Source: Malacoraja senta
Lineage: Eukaryota
Reading direction: 5' to 3'
Length of the DNA stretch: 64,000 bases
Assembly (NCBI GenBank): GCA_038087875.1
Contig: CM075993.1
Span: forward strand, 11,906,001-11,970,000
Shown: one piece after another, positions 52,381-64,000 of the stretch
Position numbering within the stretch: the stretch's first letter is position 1
Layout of the letters: the number at the start of each line of letters is the position of its first letter
Notes under the pieces: model-generated
What the model was told of the DNA's origin: nothing
The model's input: only the letters and a program-made list of their open reading frames with translations
Databases searched by the model: none
Program-made: the position numbers and the translations under genes

Positions 52381-52868
52381 TCAGTCCGACACCGAGATCC
52401 TGCTGAAGATGGGCAGCCGCCGGCCCGGCTCGAAGACAGGCGACTCGGAGCCGCTGCTGCTGGAGTCATCCTGGTCGGAGAGAGAGTCTGCGGACGGGCT
52501 CCTGCCAGCCATGGGCAGGCCAGGCACCCGCTGGAGCTGCTGGTGGTGCTGGCGGCAGCAGCAACCTCATCCCCCTCCCTTGCCCAGGCCCAAGCCCAGA
52601 GTCCGGGCTAGCTCCAACTCAAGGCTGAAGGCCACCTGCAGCGCGACCCAGTCTTGGCCGGAGGAGGCTGAGCCCAGACTGGCGCTCTGGCGCAGTCGAG
52701 GCCGGGGCCCTCGCTCCTCCTCGGGGTTGTGGATGAAGTGGCAGCGGGTACCGTAGGGGCAGAAGCCGGTGGTGTGCAAGGTACGGCATGTACATGGGGT
52801 GGTGGCTGAGGGAGCGCAGCTCGGCCAGGCCGTGGTCGAGCTGGCACTTGGCGCCGTAGCAGCCCATC
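52381..52868 (-). pseudogene. ZFP36/TIS11 (tristetraprolin-family) CCCH zinc-finger gene fragment, disrupted
   Basis: [21 protein letters not shown] / [22 protein letters not shown]-terminal SPVFEPGRRLPIFSRISVSD* (CNOT1-binding motif); frameshift in the KYKTEL linker; in-frame TGA at 52567-52569. Confidence 0.85.
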
Positions 52869-53265
52869 GGGGAGCGGGTTTGTCTGGAGCTGGAGCGGGT
52901 TTGGGCCGGAGTTGGCACTTCTTCTCCGCGCTGGCTGTGGGCCTGGGGCCACTGGTGTCGTTGGTCAGGGCTGTCGGTTGGCCCTGCGGGAGAGGCGGGG
53001 GTGAGCTGGGGTTGGCGCTTCTCCGCGCTGGCTGTGGGCCTGGGAGCCGGTGTCCCGTCGGTCTGGACGTCTCCGGCCGTCCCCGGGCAGGGATGGGACA
53101 CTTGAGTGGGGGGGACGGGGGACCAGGGACCTCCATAGATGCTGCAGGCCCACAATATTTCTAGAATTTGGGTTTTAATTCATATTTTTCAAGAAACTAG
53201 AAAAAGTTGAGTAACAAAGAGACGGACATATCACACAGCATGCTTCCTTTCAACACGCATCTTAC

Positions 53266-53373
53266 CTTGTACTCTGATGTCTGCAATATTGCGCCTCTCA
53301 TCACACACAACTATATTAAATGCATCCATCATGGCTAACAGCTTGAAATCAACTTCCTTTGAGCTTTTCAAAA
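53266..53373 (-). CDS. VPS13C: VPS13C exon 3 (108 nt; LKSSKEVDFKLLAMMDAFNIVVCDERRNIADIRVQ)
   Basis: poly-T tract plus aatcag acceptor, gtaaga donor, phase 1-1; paralogue of 14054-14167. Confidence 0.9.
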
Positions 53374-53900
53374 CTGATTAAAAAAAAAGAATTTAAGGTA
53401 ATTACAATATTCCGATGATTTAATGGCTGCATCTAAAATATACAAGATCATGAAATATATTTATTTTTCAAATATGCGAACCTATTATTTACAGACATTT
53501 AACTCTAGATTCGGTAGTAGGCAAAATATAAAACCACACAGATAAAGGCATCAAAATATGTATTCACTGAAGGGACCAATTATTTTTGGCTCCCTCGTAA
53601 ATATGATATACTATTGACGATTATAATTTGCATTAAGACCATTTCAGAAGGGGAAGTAGGATCACTCTGGTTGCCTGACAAGGTACGTTAGATCCCAAGA
53701 CAGAAAGCATCTTGGACAGGAACAAGATTCCTGTGTGAACAAGGGTCTCGACCCAAAACGTTGTTTATTCATGTTCTCTAGAGATGCTGCCTGACCCGCT
53801 GAGCACTGTGTGTCTTTCGCTCAAGATTCCTGATGTTTCTCCACGGATGTTTCTCCATGCAAACAAATAACGTTTGAGATAATAAAAGGGTTGTGGAAGT

Positions 53901-55700
53901 ATAATCCCAGGGTACTTAAGGAAGTGGCTCTAGAAATCGTGGATGCATTGGTGATAATTTTCCAATGTTCTATACACTCAGGATCAGTTCCTGTGGATTG
54001 GAGGGTAGATAATGTTATCCCACTTTTTAAGAAAGGCGGGAGAGAGAAAACGGGGAATTATAGACCAGTTAGCCTGACATCGGTGGTGGGGAAGATGCTG
54101 GAGTCAATTATAAAAGATGAAATAGCCGAACATTTGGATAGCAGAAACAGGATCGGTCCGAGTCAGCATGGATTTACGAAGGGGAAATCATGCATGACTA
54201 ATCTTCTGGAATTTTTTGAAGATGTAACTAGGAAAATGGACAAGGGAGAGCCAGTGGATGTAGTGTACCTGGACTTTCAGAAAGCATTTGATAAGAGATT
54301 AGAGAGAGATTAGAGATTCCTTTATTTCTCATTCAGACCTTTCGGTCTGAACGAAATTTCGTTGCCTGCAGTCATACATATAATAATAAATAACAAAACA
54401 CACAATAAACACAAATTAACATCCACCACAGTGAGTTCACCAGGCACCTCCTCACTGTGATGGAGGCAAAAGTCTTAAAGTCTCTGTCTCTTCCCTCTTT
54501 GTTCTTCCTCTGCGCTGAGGCGATCCAGGCTTCTGATGTTGTGACCCCGCCGGGTGATAGATTAGTGGGCAAAATTAGGGCACATGGTATTGGGGGTAGA
54601 GTGCTGACATGGATAGAGAAGTGGTTGGCAGACAGGAAACAAAGAGTAGGAATTAACAGGTCCCTTTCCGAATGGTAGGCAGTGACTAGTGGGGTACCGC
54701 AAGGCTCAGTGCTGGGACCGCAGCTATTTACAATATACATCAATGATTTGGATGAAGGGATTCAAAGAAACATTAGAAAATTTGCAGATGACACAAAGCT
54801 GAGTGGCAGTGTGAACTGTGAGGATGCTATGAGAATGCAGGGTGACTTGGACAGGTTGGGGGAGTGGGCAGATGCATGGAAGATGGAGTATAATGTGGAT
54901 AAATGTGAGGTTATCCACTTTGGTAGCAAAAACAGGAAGGCAGATTACTATCTAAATGGCGTCAAGTTGGGAAAAGAGGAAGTACAATGGGATCTGGGGG
55001 TCCTTGTTCATTAGTCTATGAAAGTAAGCATGCAGGTACAGCAGGCAGTGAAGAAAGTGAATGGCATGTTGGCCTTTATAACAAGAGTAATCGAATATAG
55101 GGGCAAAGAGGTCCTTCTGCAGTTGTACAGATCCCTAGTGAGACCACACCTGGAGTATTGTGTGCAGTATTGGTCCCCTAATTTGAGGAAGGACATTCTT
55201 GCTATTGAGGGAGTGCAGCGTAGGTTTACAAGGTTAATTCCCAGGATGGCGGGACTGTCATATGCTGAGAGAATGGAGCAGCTGGGCTTGTACACTCTGG
55301 AGTTTCGAAGGATGAGAGGAGATCTCATTGAAACATATAAGATTGTTACGGGTTTGGACACGCTAAAGGCAAGAAACATGTTCCCGATGTTGGGGGAGTC
55401 CAGAACCAGGGGCCACAGTTTAAGAATAAGGAGTAAGCCATTTAGAACGGAGACGAGGAAACACGTTTTCTCACAGAGAGTGGTGAGTCTGTGGAATTCT
55501 TTGCCTCAGAGGGTGGTGGAGGCAGGTTCTCTGGATGCTTTCAAGAGAGAGCTAGATAGGCCTCTTAAAAATAGCGGAGTCAGGGGATATGGGGAGAAGG
55601 CAGGAACGGGGTACTGATTGGGGATGATCAGCCATGATCACATTGAATGGCGGCGCTGGCTCGAAGGGCCGACTCCTGCACCTATTGTCTATTGTCTAAT
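53901..55700 (+). mobile_element. CR1 LINE RT/3' fragment (second family), interrupted by an insert at 54302-54558
   Basis: NYRPVSLTS, DFQKAFD, QGSVLGP, FADD; (ATTGTCT)n tail; AGATTAG duplicated around the insert. Confidence 0.9.
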
Positions 55701-55794
55701 AGATACAGACACAAGCTCCCTTGGTCAAGAGAAGAACTTTAGATGTAACTGGTAATTCTTTGAAGTAAGCATAATCAATCAATTAATCAATCAC

Positions 55795-56520
55795 AATAAT
55801 CACAATAATACTTTATTAGCCAAGTATGTTTTGCAACATACAAGGAATTTCATTTGCCAAGTCAGTCATACAAATAAAAAGCAACGGAACACACAAAATA
55901 CATTTGAATATAAATATCCACCACAGTGACTCCCCCACGTTCATCACTGTGAAGGAAGGCGAAAAAAAGTTCAAATCTCTTCCCTTCTTTGCTCTGCCGC
56001 GGTCAGGGGCCTCGAGCCCTCCGTTGACGGGACGATCTAGTCTCCCGTAGCCGGCGGCGTTTGGGCCCTCCACATCGGGGCGAACAGCTCCTGCATCGGG
56101 GGGGACGTCCTCTCCCCCGCGCTGGCGATCGGACCCCGCGTCGGGGCTGGTGGAACCTCCGTGTCATTGGAGCTCCCGACTAGCCTCTCACAAGACTACG
56201 AGTTCCCGATGTAATGTCCCTGGCAAGGGATCGACTCCGATGTTAAGTCCATGCCCCGCAGCGGGGTTCAAGTCAGTCCGAGGAGGCCTCCAGCTCCATC
56301 AATGGTAGGCCGCAGAGCGACTGGAGATGCGATCCGGAAAATAATCGCATCTCCGGTAAGGTAAGAAACTGAAAATGGCCCCCTCCCCTCCCCTCCCCCT
56401 CCATAAAACAAACCCGAGAACATTTACACAGACGTTTAACACACACTAAAAATTTTTAAAAAGGCTAAAAAACAGACAAGCTGTGAGCGGGGCTGCCAAT
56501 CGTTCGGTGCCCCTTGTGGT
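55795..56520 (-). repeat. Unclassified GC-rich non-autonomous repeat (related pieces at ~4230-4480, 54302-54558, 62800-63210)
   Basis: shared ccaccacagtga...cactgtga hairpin motif and AATAAA plus microsatellite 3' end. Confidence 0.5.
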
Positions 56521-56777
56521 CATCAGACCACTTTTAAAGAGAAGATTTATACAAAATTAGTTCATTCTTAATAATCTGTGTATGGGCCTGCAACTCTATT
56601 TTCTAGGTTCAGCTCTTCACACACACAGAGTGTTGGGCACCTCAGTTAGCTGAAGACCATACACAAAATGCTAACCACATAAACACATCTGCCCCTCAAA
56701 AAGACGCTAACATTAATCCTGATCAGTGGATGATCAATATCAATTCACGATTATCAGGCTCCGAAAATGCCCTGTAC

Positions 56778-56943
56778 CTTTTTTTGCAGCATCTCCTTTT
56801 TCCTGCCCCTGATCATGTATCTTTGTTTCATGGTCCTTCTCAGTAGAGGCTGTGCTTCCTGATGGAATAGCTGCTGTCAGGAAATTGATGGTGGAAAGCA
56901 AAGCTTTTGCGTGCAACAGGAAATTCAGTGAAGAAACGGCCAC
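56778..56943 (-). CDS. VPS13C: VPS13C exon 2 (166 nt; VAVSSLNFLLHAKALLSTINFLTAAIP...)
   Basis: ttccag acceptor, gtacag donor, phase 0-1; paralogue of 16366-16522; resembles the VPS13C VAFSSLNLLL motif. Confidence 0.9.
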
Positions 56944-57159
56944 CTGGAAATTAAAACAAAAATATTTTTATGATTGATAATTGTATCGGAGTATAACAAT
57001 ATCCTTTATCAAATTCCTTTTGTAATTCTTGCACTATTATTCTCGCACTTCAAATATATTCCAGACAATCATTCAAATGAAGTTAAAACCATTCCAGTAG
57101 AGAACATCTGTTAGACTCTTCTGTTACATTCTTCTGCCTATGGTAAAGTTTATTTCAGT

Positions 57160-57450
57160 GATAGAGCATGGGAACAGGCCTTTCAGCCCACCAAATTCAC
57201 ACCGACCATTGATCACCGGTTCACGCTAGTTTTATGTTATTCCACTTTCGCACTTGGGACAATTTACAGAGGCCAATTAACCTACAAATCCACACGCTTT
57301 GGGATGTGGGAAGAAACCGGAGTAGCTGGAGGAAACCACATGGTCACAGGGAGAACGTGCAAACTCCACACAGACAGCACCCAAGGTCTCAATCAATCCC
57401 GGGTCTCTGGAGGGTTGTGAGGCAGCAGTTCTACCATCTGCGCCACCATG
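57160..57450 (-). mobile_element. V-SINE (HE1-like)
   Basis: reverse complement of the same family. Confidence 0.75.
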
Positions 57451-58565
57451 CCTTCCCTGTGCAGGAAATGGAATGGACGCAGTTGAAAGACCTAGTGTGC
57501 AAGGGAAAGCACATATGAGAACAAAGTGTAATATAGTGTCGTTATCACATTTTCATCATCTGCAGCACTTTGCTCTTGGAAGCTAGTTGTAGTGATGTTG
57601 CTTCAGCACCAAGCATTGGCCAAGTTATCAGACCGACGACTTGTAACATTATGTTGAAAGGTCATCAACTCTGCCTCCTTCTGCTGACATACAGAGTACT
57701 TACAACATTGCCCAATTGTATTTCTGTTTCCAATATAACCACATTGAGCTTCCTTCACATGTCTATGTGCAGGGATCACTCCAGCCAGTGGAACATTTTC
57801 CTTCTCTTCCCACTGACGTGAATTTTATGCAACACAGTGAAATGCTGCTTTAGTGTCAAGAACAGTTATTCTCACTTCAGCACTGGAAGCGAGTTATTCT
57901 GTACATATTTAGACTAAGATTAATGAAGTCTGGAGCCTTGCAAATCTGCCATGGTAGCAATTATTCCACCTTCCACCTGTAATAGTGGACTGTTGCCAAC
58001 ATTGTAGCTGCACTGTAACAGCTTTGAGAGAGCCACATCTAGCTTCAGAGCCCAAAGCTTCTGGCACTCAAGACAAATGTTGTCTGTGATCACACAGCTT
58101 CAGCATATATATGGTCGGCTCCACCAGTATTGAAAACAAAGATGGTCTTGGAGCTATCTACTACAGATAGCTGTTTAAATTTGCTATCACCATGCATGAC
58201 ATGAATATAACTGATCATTAGTTGTGGGTTTGCTGAGTTCAGTCAAAGTCCATACTAATCACTAACAAAGCTGTAAAAACAAGTTTGGATTGTTGTAAAA
58301 ACCTCTAGTTCGCTGATATTCCTCACAGATGGAAGTCTCCCATCCTTCAGAAGCCAGCCTGGCTTCCATGTAACTCCAGAACCACCACTTGTGCTAATTC
58401 CTCTGAAATGATTACCAGTAGAAGGGTAGTTAAAAAAGGCCATATCCAAAAATTACAGCTGAAGGAATCTCCCCTCAGAAATTCTAAAATCTTCAATCAT
58501 TAATGCACAATCTATGTCATCCAAGTCTGGAAGGAGTTGCTGTCATCTTCAAGAAAGGAGACAAG

Positions 58566-59380
58566 TCCAAATCAACACTCACTAAAATCAACAACCCCAC
58601 TCTCACTATCGATGGCACCACTGTCTCCCCATCTCCTCAGGCACGCAACCTTGGCGTGATCCTTGACTCAACCCTCTCCCTTGAGCCTCACATCCGCCAT
58701 GTTGTCAAAACATCATTTTTTCACCTCCGCAACATTGCAAAAATCAGATCGTCTCTCACACCCCCCGCTGCTGAAAGACTCATCCATGCCTTCATCTCCT
58801 CCCGACTGGACTACTGTAACTCTCTTCTTTTCGGAATCAATTCCAGCAGCATCAAACGACTCCAACTGGTCCAGAATGCAGCCGCCCGACTCATTACCCA
58901 CACCAACTCCTGGCACCACATCACCCCAGTTCTCAAAGAACTTCACTGGCTTCCCATTTCCCACCGGATCACCTACAAAATCCTGGTCCTCACCTACAAA
59001 GCCCTCAACAACCTGGCCCCCCCTTATCTCATTGACCTCCTCTCCCCCTACCAACCCTCACGGTCCCTCAGATCCACATCAGCTGGTCTCCTCTCCACTC
59101 CGAATTCAAACCTCTGCACTTTTGGAGGCAGAGCCTTCTCCAGGGCAGCTCCCAGGCTCTGGAATTCCCTCCCACAACCGGTCCGAAATTCTGAGTCCCT
59201 CACCATCTTCCAGTCCCGCCTCAAGACCCATCTCTTCACCTCTGCATACCCTTAGTCCCATGTTCCCCTCCCCTCTGTCTTACTGCTCTATTATGTTTTG
59301 TTTATTCCTGACTCTCAATTGTAAAGCGACTTTGAGTCCTGAAAAGCGCTATATAAAATAAATCTATTATTATTATTATT
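58566..59380 (+). mobile_element. 5'-truncated copy of the same L2 family
   Basis: near identical to 19893-20715 (about 8 substitutions in the coding part, counted by eye); (ATT)n tail. Confidence 0.93.
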
Positions 59381-59750
59381 ACTGTGGTGAGCACAGAGAG
59401 ATCTTCCTGCTATCTGAAACAGGACAACTAATCATGAGAATCCTCCTCATCTGCCTCCTACCGGTGGATAAAGAGCTGATCTCCAACTGGCAGCATGGAT
59501 TCCATCTATCAAGGCATATTGGCCAGGACTTTCACAACCAGGACTTTTACAACATTATATCTCTAATAAAATATGCAAGAAGCAGCATCACCACAATACA
59601 TCACCTTCTTTGACTTCACTGAAGGCTTTAACTCCATTAATCACAACACTCTTCTCAATTTCAGCTTCCCACAGAAACTAGTATGCATCTGCTCCATGAC
59701 AGCATGCAAGCCAATACTGGGGAGTCTACAACAGAACCCGTCTCTGTGAA

Positions 59751-59865
59751 GAAGGGTCTCGACCCGAAACGTCGGCCATTCCTCTCCAGAGATGCTGTCT
59801 GAGTTACTCCAGCGTTTTGTGTCTATTTTCCGTTTAAACCAGCATCTGCAGTTCCTTCCTACACA
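59751..59865 (+). mobile_element. Solo Penelope terminal-repeat insertion
   Basis: 11-bp TSD GTCTCTGTGAA at 59740-59750 / 59866-59876; starts within the hammerhead core. Confidence 0.8.
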
Positions 59866-60094
59866 GTCTCTGTGAAAGTCAGGGTCTACATCAATGACCC
59901 AATGCTTTTCTCAAACTTGCTGGCTGCAATGTTCTACTTCACCGCCAACTAAATCCACCATTCACAGGATGTTACCAGGACTGGAGGGCTTGAGTTATAT
60001 AGGGAGACATGGAGGAGACCAGAAGTTGGTCATCTTGGTCAATGATGGGGCAACCAACAGTCTTCATAAGTGAGCCAACAAGTTTCTCTTCCCA

Positions 60095-60839
60095 GGTAGA
60101 CAAAAATGCTGGAGAAACTCAGCGGGTGCAGCAGCATCTATGGAGCGAAGGAAATAGGCAACGTTTCGGGCCGAAACCCTTCTTCAGACTGATGGGGGGT
60201 GGGAGGGGACAGGGAGAAGAAAGGAAAAAGGAGGAGGAGCCCGAGGGCTGAGGGAGAGCTGGGAAGGGGAGGAGACAGCAAGGGCAACAGAATTGTGAGA
60301 ATTCAATGTTCATGCCACCAGGATGCAGACTCCCCAAGCGGAATATGAGGTGCTGTTCCTCCAATTTCCGGTGGTGCTCACTCTGGCCATGGAGGAGGCC
60401 CAGGACAGAGAGGTCGGATACGGAATGGGAGGGGGAGTTGAAGTGCTGAGCCACCGGGAGGTCAGGTTGGTTAATGCGGACTGAGCGGAGGTGTTCGGCG
60501 AAACGATCGCCAAGCCTACGCTTGGTCTCACCGATGTAGATCAGCTGACATCTAGAGCAGCAGATGCAATAGATGAGGTTGGAGGAGATGCAGGTGAACC
60601 TCTGTCGCACCTGGGACGGCTACTTGGGTCCTTGAATGGAGATGAAGGGGGAGGTAAAGCGACAAGTGCAGCATCTCTTGCGGTTGCAAGGGAAAGTGCC
60701 CGGGGAGGGGTGGTGCGGGAGGGAAGGGAAGAATTGACAAGGGAGTTACGGGGGGAGCGGTCTTTGCGGAAGGCAGACAGGGGGGGAGATGGGAAGATGT
60801 GGCGAGTGGTGGGGGGCAGACAGGGGGGCAGATGTTGGG
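60095..60839 (-). mobile_element. Penelope-like element 3' fragment (GIY-YIG endonuclease plus terminal repeat)
   Basis: same GIY-YIG as above; 15-bp TSD AAGTTTCTCTTCCCA at 60080-60094 / 60840-60854. Confidence 0.9.
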
Positions 60840-61349
60840 AAGTTTCTCTTCCCAACAGCATTTGACATAAAAAGCACTGATTCTCCAGCTGATGGAATGC
60901 AGGTAGTGCTCATCAAGAGATTTGCCTATTTATGATTTGTCACTATCCGCCAGACAACTTCTGATGGGTGACCAACATGATACAATGATTCATACTCTGC
61001 AGAACAACAGTAGGAAGTGTGCACAGCCTTTGAGACAGAGTGAGGACTTTGAAGATTACACACTATCACATCGTCTTCCCCTTTGGCTGATTTGCCCTAA
61101 TGGGGGAACTCAATAAAATAAGGGATCTTTGCGAAGGAGTACCACTAGGCATGATTCTTTAAGAACTGCTGTTTGTGAAACAACTTTTTCTTACTTTATA
61201 TAACCATATAACCATATAACAATTACAGCACGGAAACAGGCCATCTCGACCCTTCTAGTCCGTGCCGAACACGTATTCTCCCCTAGTCCCATATACCTGC
61301 ACTCAGACCATAACCCTCCATTCCTTTCCCGTCCATATAACTATCCAAC

Positions 61350-61622
61350 TTTGGCTGAGGAAGTTCACCATGTCCCCAACAACTCTCACCAACTTCTACA
61401 GATGTGCCGCAGAAAGCATTTTATCCGCATGCATCACAGCTTGGTTTGGCAAGCAAGACCGCAAGAAATTGCAGCAAATTGTGGACGCAGCCCAAATCAT
61501 CAGACAAACCAACCTCCTTTTCAATGACTCCATTTACACCTCAAGCTGCCTCAACAAGGCCAACAGCATTATCAAGAACGAGTTGCACCCTGGCCACTCC
61601 CTCTTCTTCCCTCTCCTGTCCT
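61350..61622 (+). mobile_element. Rex1/Babar-like LINE fragment
   Basis: LTNFYRCAAESILSACITAWFG...DRKKLQ...HPGHSLF. Confidence 0.7.
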
Positions 61623-62177
61623 AGCTTCTGCAGCTTGTTCCACAAGAGCCTAGATCCACAGCTGGTTTCATAGCATCCAGCAGTTACTCCAGCATTTTGT
61701 GTCTATCTTCGGTGTTAAGCAGCATCTGCCCTTCCTTCCTACACATTTTCAATACTCATTCTCTTGTGATGGGGGAAGGGGAGGAGGGGTGGTGAGGAGA
61801 GAAAATCAAACGAAACACACCAGACCAGAGCTCACTAAATATAAAGCAGGAGCTTTCAAAAAATGAGCTCATGCTACAAAGACATTCTGCATACAAATTA
61901 ATGAATTCCCTGTCCATTTATACTGTGCCACGCAGCACAAAATTACAAAACATGAAACTGAATTTTGAACAACTCAATTTACAAATTGAAACTAGTTGAT
62001 TTTAGTAAATAGGGAACAAAAGGGCGTACCAAATGGTAGCATTTAAAAAAAGCAGTACAAAAGTCTTAAAGCATCTTTAATATATCCCATTGTCATACGA
62101 TTCTTCAGTAGATTCAAAGGACATATATCATTAAAAAATTGTTTCACCCTGAATTGATGTACTTTTCTAACTGGTAC

Positions 62178-62500
62178 TTTAGTTTTTAGTTTAGTTTAGT
62201 TTAGAGATACAGCACGGAAACAGGCCCTATGACTCACCAAGTCCGCACAGAGCAGCGATCCCTGCTAATTAACACTATCCTGCACACACTAGGGACAATT
62301 TTTACATTTACCAAGCCAATTTACCTACAAACCTGTACGTCTTTGGAGTGTGGGAGGAAACCGAAGATCTCAGAGAAAACCCACGCAGATCATGGAGAGA
62401 ACGTACAAACTCCGTACAGACAGCACCCATAGTCGGGATCAAACCCGGGTCCCCGGCACTGCAAGCTCAGCAACTCTACGGCTGTGCCACCGTGCCGCCG
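62178..62500 (-). mobile_element. V-SINE (HE1-like)
   Basis: reverse complement; (TTTAG)n tail. Confidence 0.85.
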
Positions 62501-62667
62501 CTCATGTTCTTTTATTTAGAAAACACAGTAAAAAAATGCTTAATAATGCTAACTTAATGTTCTTCAATCAACGACTGAAATACCTTCCAGATGCTTGCAA
62601 GTTATCTTCAAACTCTTTTGAAGTTACTTTGGAAACACTTGAAAGTGTGAAGGTCATAAAGACTTAC

Positions 62668-62727
62668 CTTGAGCGTCTGTTCAGTGGTGTCCTGATTCTT
62701 TTTAAAATGTGGACTATTTTTATCAAT
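62668..62727 (-). CDS. VPS13C: VPS13C exon (window exon 1; repeat A; 60 nt; IDKNSPHFKKNQDTTEQTLK)
   Basis: ttgcag acceptor, gtaagt donor, phase 0-0; paralogous in size and sequence to exon 22429-22488. Confidence 0.85.
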
Positions 62728-64000
62728 CTGCAACAATACATTTTGATTATTTAGCTTTACTTCATGACAGATATAAATTATCAGCAAATTCTGTTTAACG
62801 AAACGATATGATACGATACAACTTTATTCATCCCGAGGGAAATTGGTCTGCCAACAATTAAAAGCACATGACAAGGTGCATGAAAACTTGAAATTAAAAT
62901 TAAATTAAAAGTGAAAAAGTGGAAAAAAAAAGACTTTTGTCTGGCTGCCGTGTGCACAGCGCCTTAAGCGGAACCAACGAACAAACAAACAAACGCAGGC
63001 TTATTCCCTGGGCAGAGGGTTCTAACACTAGAGTGCCCCCCCCCTCTCCCCACACCGTGTCCCCCTTCGTTCTCCCACCGTCTCTCAAGGCAGTCCCCCC
63101 ACCGGGTCCTCCATTGTTCTTCTCTTCAAGGCAGTCCCCCACGCCGGGTCCCAATTGTCTTCCCCTCCCCTTCCCCCGCCCCCCCCCCCCACCTCATCAA
63201 CCGCTGATCGCGCTTTATTAACATTGGCAAGACCTGCATTTATCACCAACAAAAATGAACTTAATTACAATGACGTTATTTTAAAGAGAAGCAAAAGATC
63301 AGCAGTCACTGTTTCTGGAGCTGTCTTGGTCTGGACAGTTACAAATGGACCTTACTGCTGGTAAGTATGAGGTGGTATGAAGAACAAGTACCTTGTGAGA
63401 ATATTAAAGATAGGACATGCAATGACACACAACTGGACAAACTTGGATTGTTTTCTCTGGAATGCCAGAGGTTGAAGGGCGACCTGATAGAAGAATATAA
63501 AATTAGATAGTAGTCAGAACCTTTTTTTCCCCAGGGTGGAACTGTCAAAGACTAGAAAGCATGGCTTTAAGGTGAGATGGGTAACGTTTAAAGGAGTTGT
63601 GCAGGGCATTTTCTTTCTCTACACAGAAGCGGTAGAGGAGGCAGATGCAATTGTGTGTTTAAGCAGCTTTAGATAGGCACATAGACATGCTGGGAGTGGA
63701 GCCATATGAACCATGTACAGGCTGTTGAGATGAGTTTACCTTGACACTGTGTTTAACACTAACATTGTGGGCTGAAGGCCCTGTTCTCATACAGTATTTC
63801 TCCATGTTCGCTATTCAGTGGATGGTGGCACCCTAGAGTGTACCATGGAAGGTTGGAAGGTTAGGAGCTTGGTGTAAGAGATCAAGGATCCATCGAGGTG
63901 GTTTTGTAATTGTAATTGTATTTTATTTCTTAGCCAAGTGTGTAAAAACATACAAGGAATTTCATTTGCCATACAGTCATGCCCAGGTAGATAAGATGAA

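Noticed and set aside
52567..53155. Intact nested ZFP36-family gene
   Set aside because: First finger truncated, linker frameshifted, in-frame stop before the C-terminal motif
58503..59255. 250-aa novel protein
   Set aside because: Chimera of an RTE relic and a truncated L2 ORF2
19893..59380. L2 copies as relics of the original VPS13C exon duplication
   Set aside because: The copies are nearly identical while the paralogous exons are strongly diverged, and their flanks differ
3425..62727. Two separate tandem VPS13 genes, or VPS13A
   Set aside because: All 16 exons splice into one continuous frame through linker exons, and the internal duplication is characteristic of VPS13C

Overview
Eukaryotic genomic DNA, most likely from a cartilaginous fish (skate/ray-like, inferred from its V-SINE/CR1/Penelope repeat content). 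The window lies inside a large minus-strand gene that I read as VPS13C, a bridge-like lipid transfer protein. I reconstructed 16 GT-AG exons (2154 nt, 718 codons) that splice into one open frame. They cover one complete 11-exon, 517-aa internal repeat unit plus 5 exons of the next unit. The introns are dense with transposons: a structurally complete but decayed DIRS1-type tyrosine-recombinase retrotransposon (ITRs, ICR, gag, RT/RNase H, methyltransferase-like, YR), a near full-length L2 LINE, a CR1 LINE with an SGNH-esterase ORF1, two Penelope-like GIY-YIG fragments, many short often palindromic Penelope terminal-repeat insertions carrying hammerhead-ribozyme cores, three PIF/Harbinger-type MITEs, many V-SINEs, an AFC-like CORE-SINE, RTE/Rex1 relics, and a decayed ZFP36/TIS11-family gene fragment. 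Most notable: hammerhead motifs on the host pre-mRNA strand; near-identical L2 direct repeats in paralogous introns of the VPS13C repeat units, where unequal crossover would change repeat number in frame; and the ZFP36-like insert. All family assignments are by eye or from memory; no searches were run.
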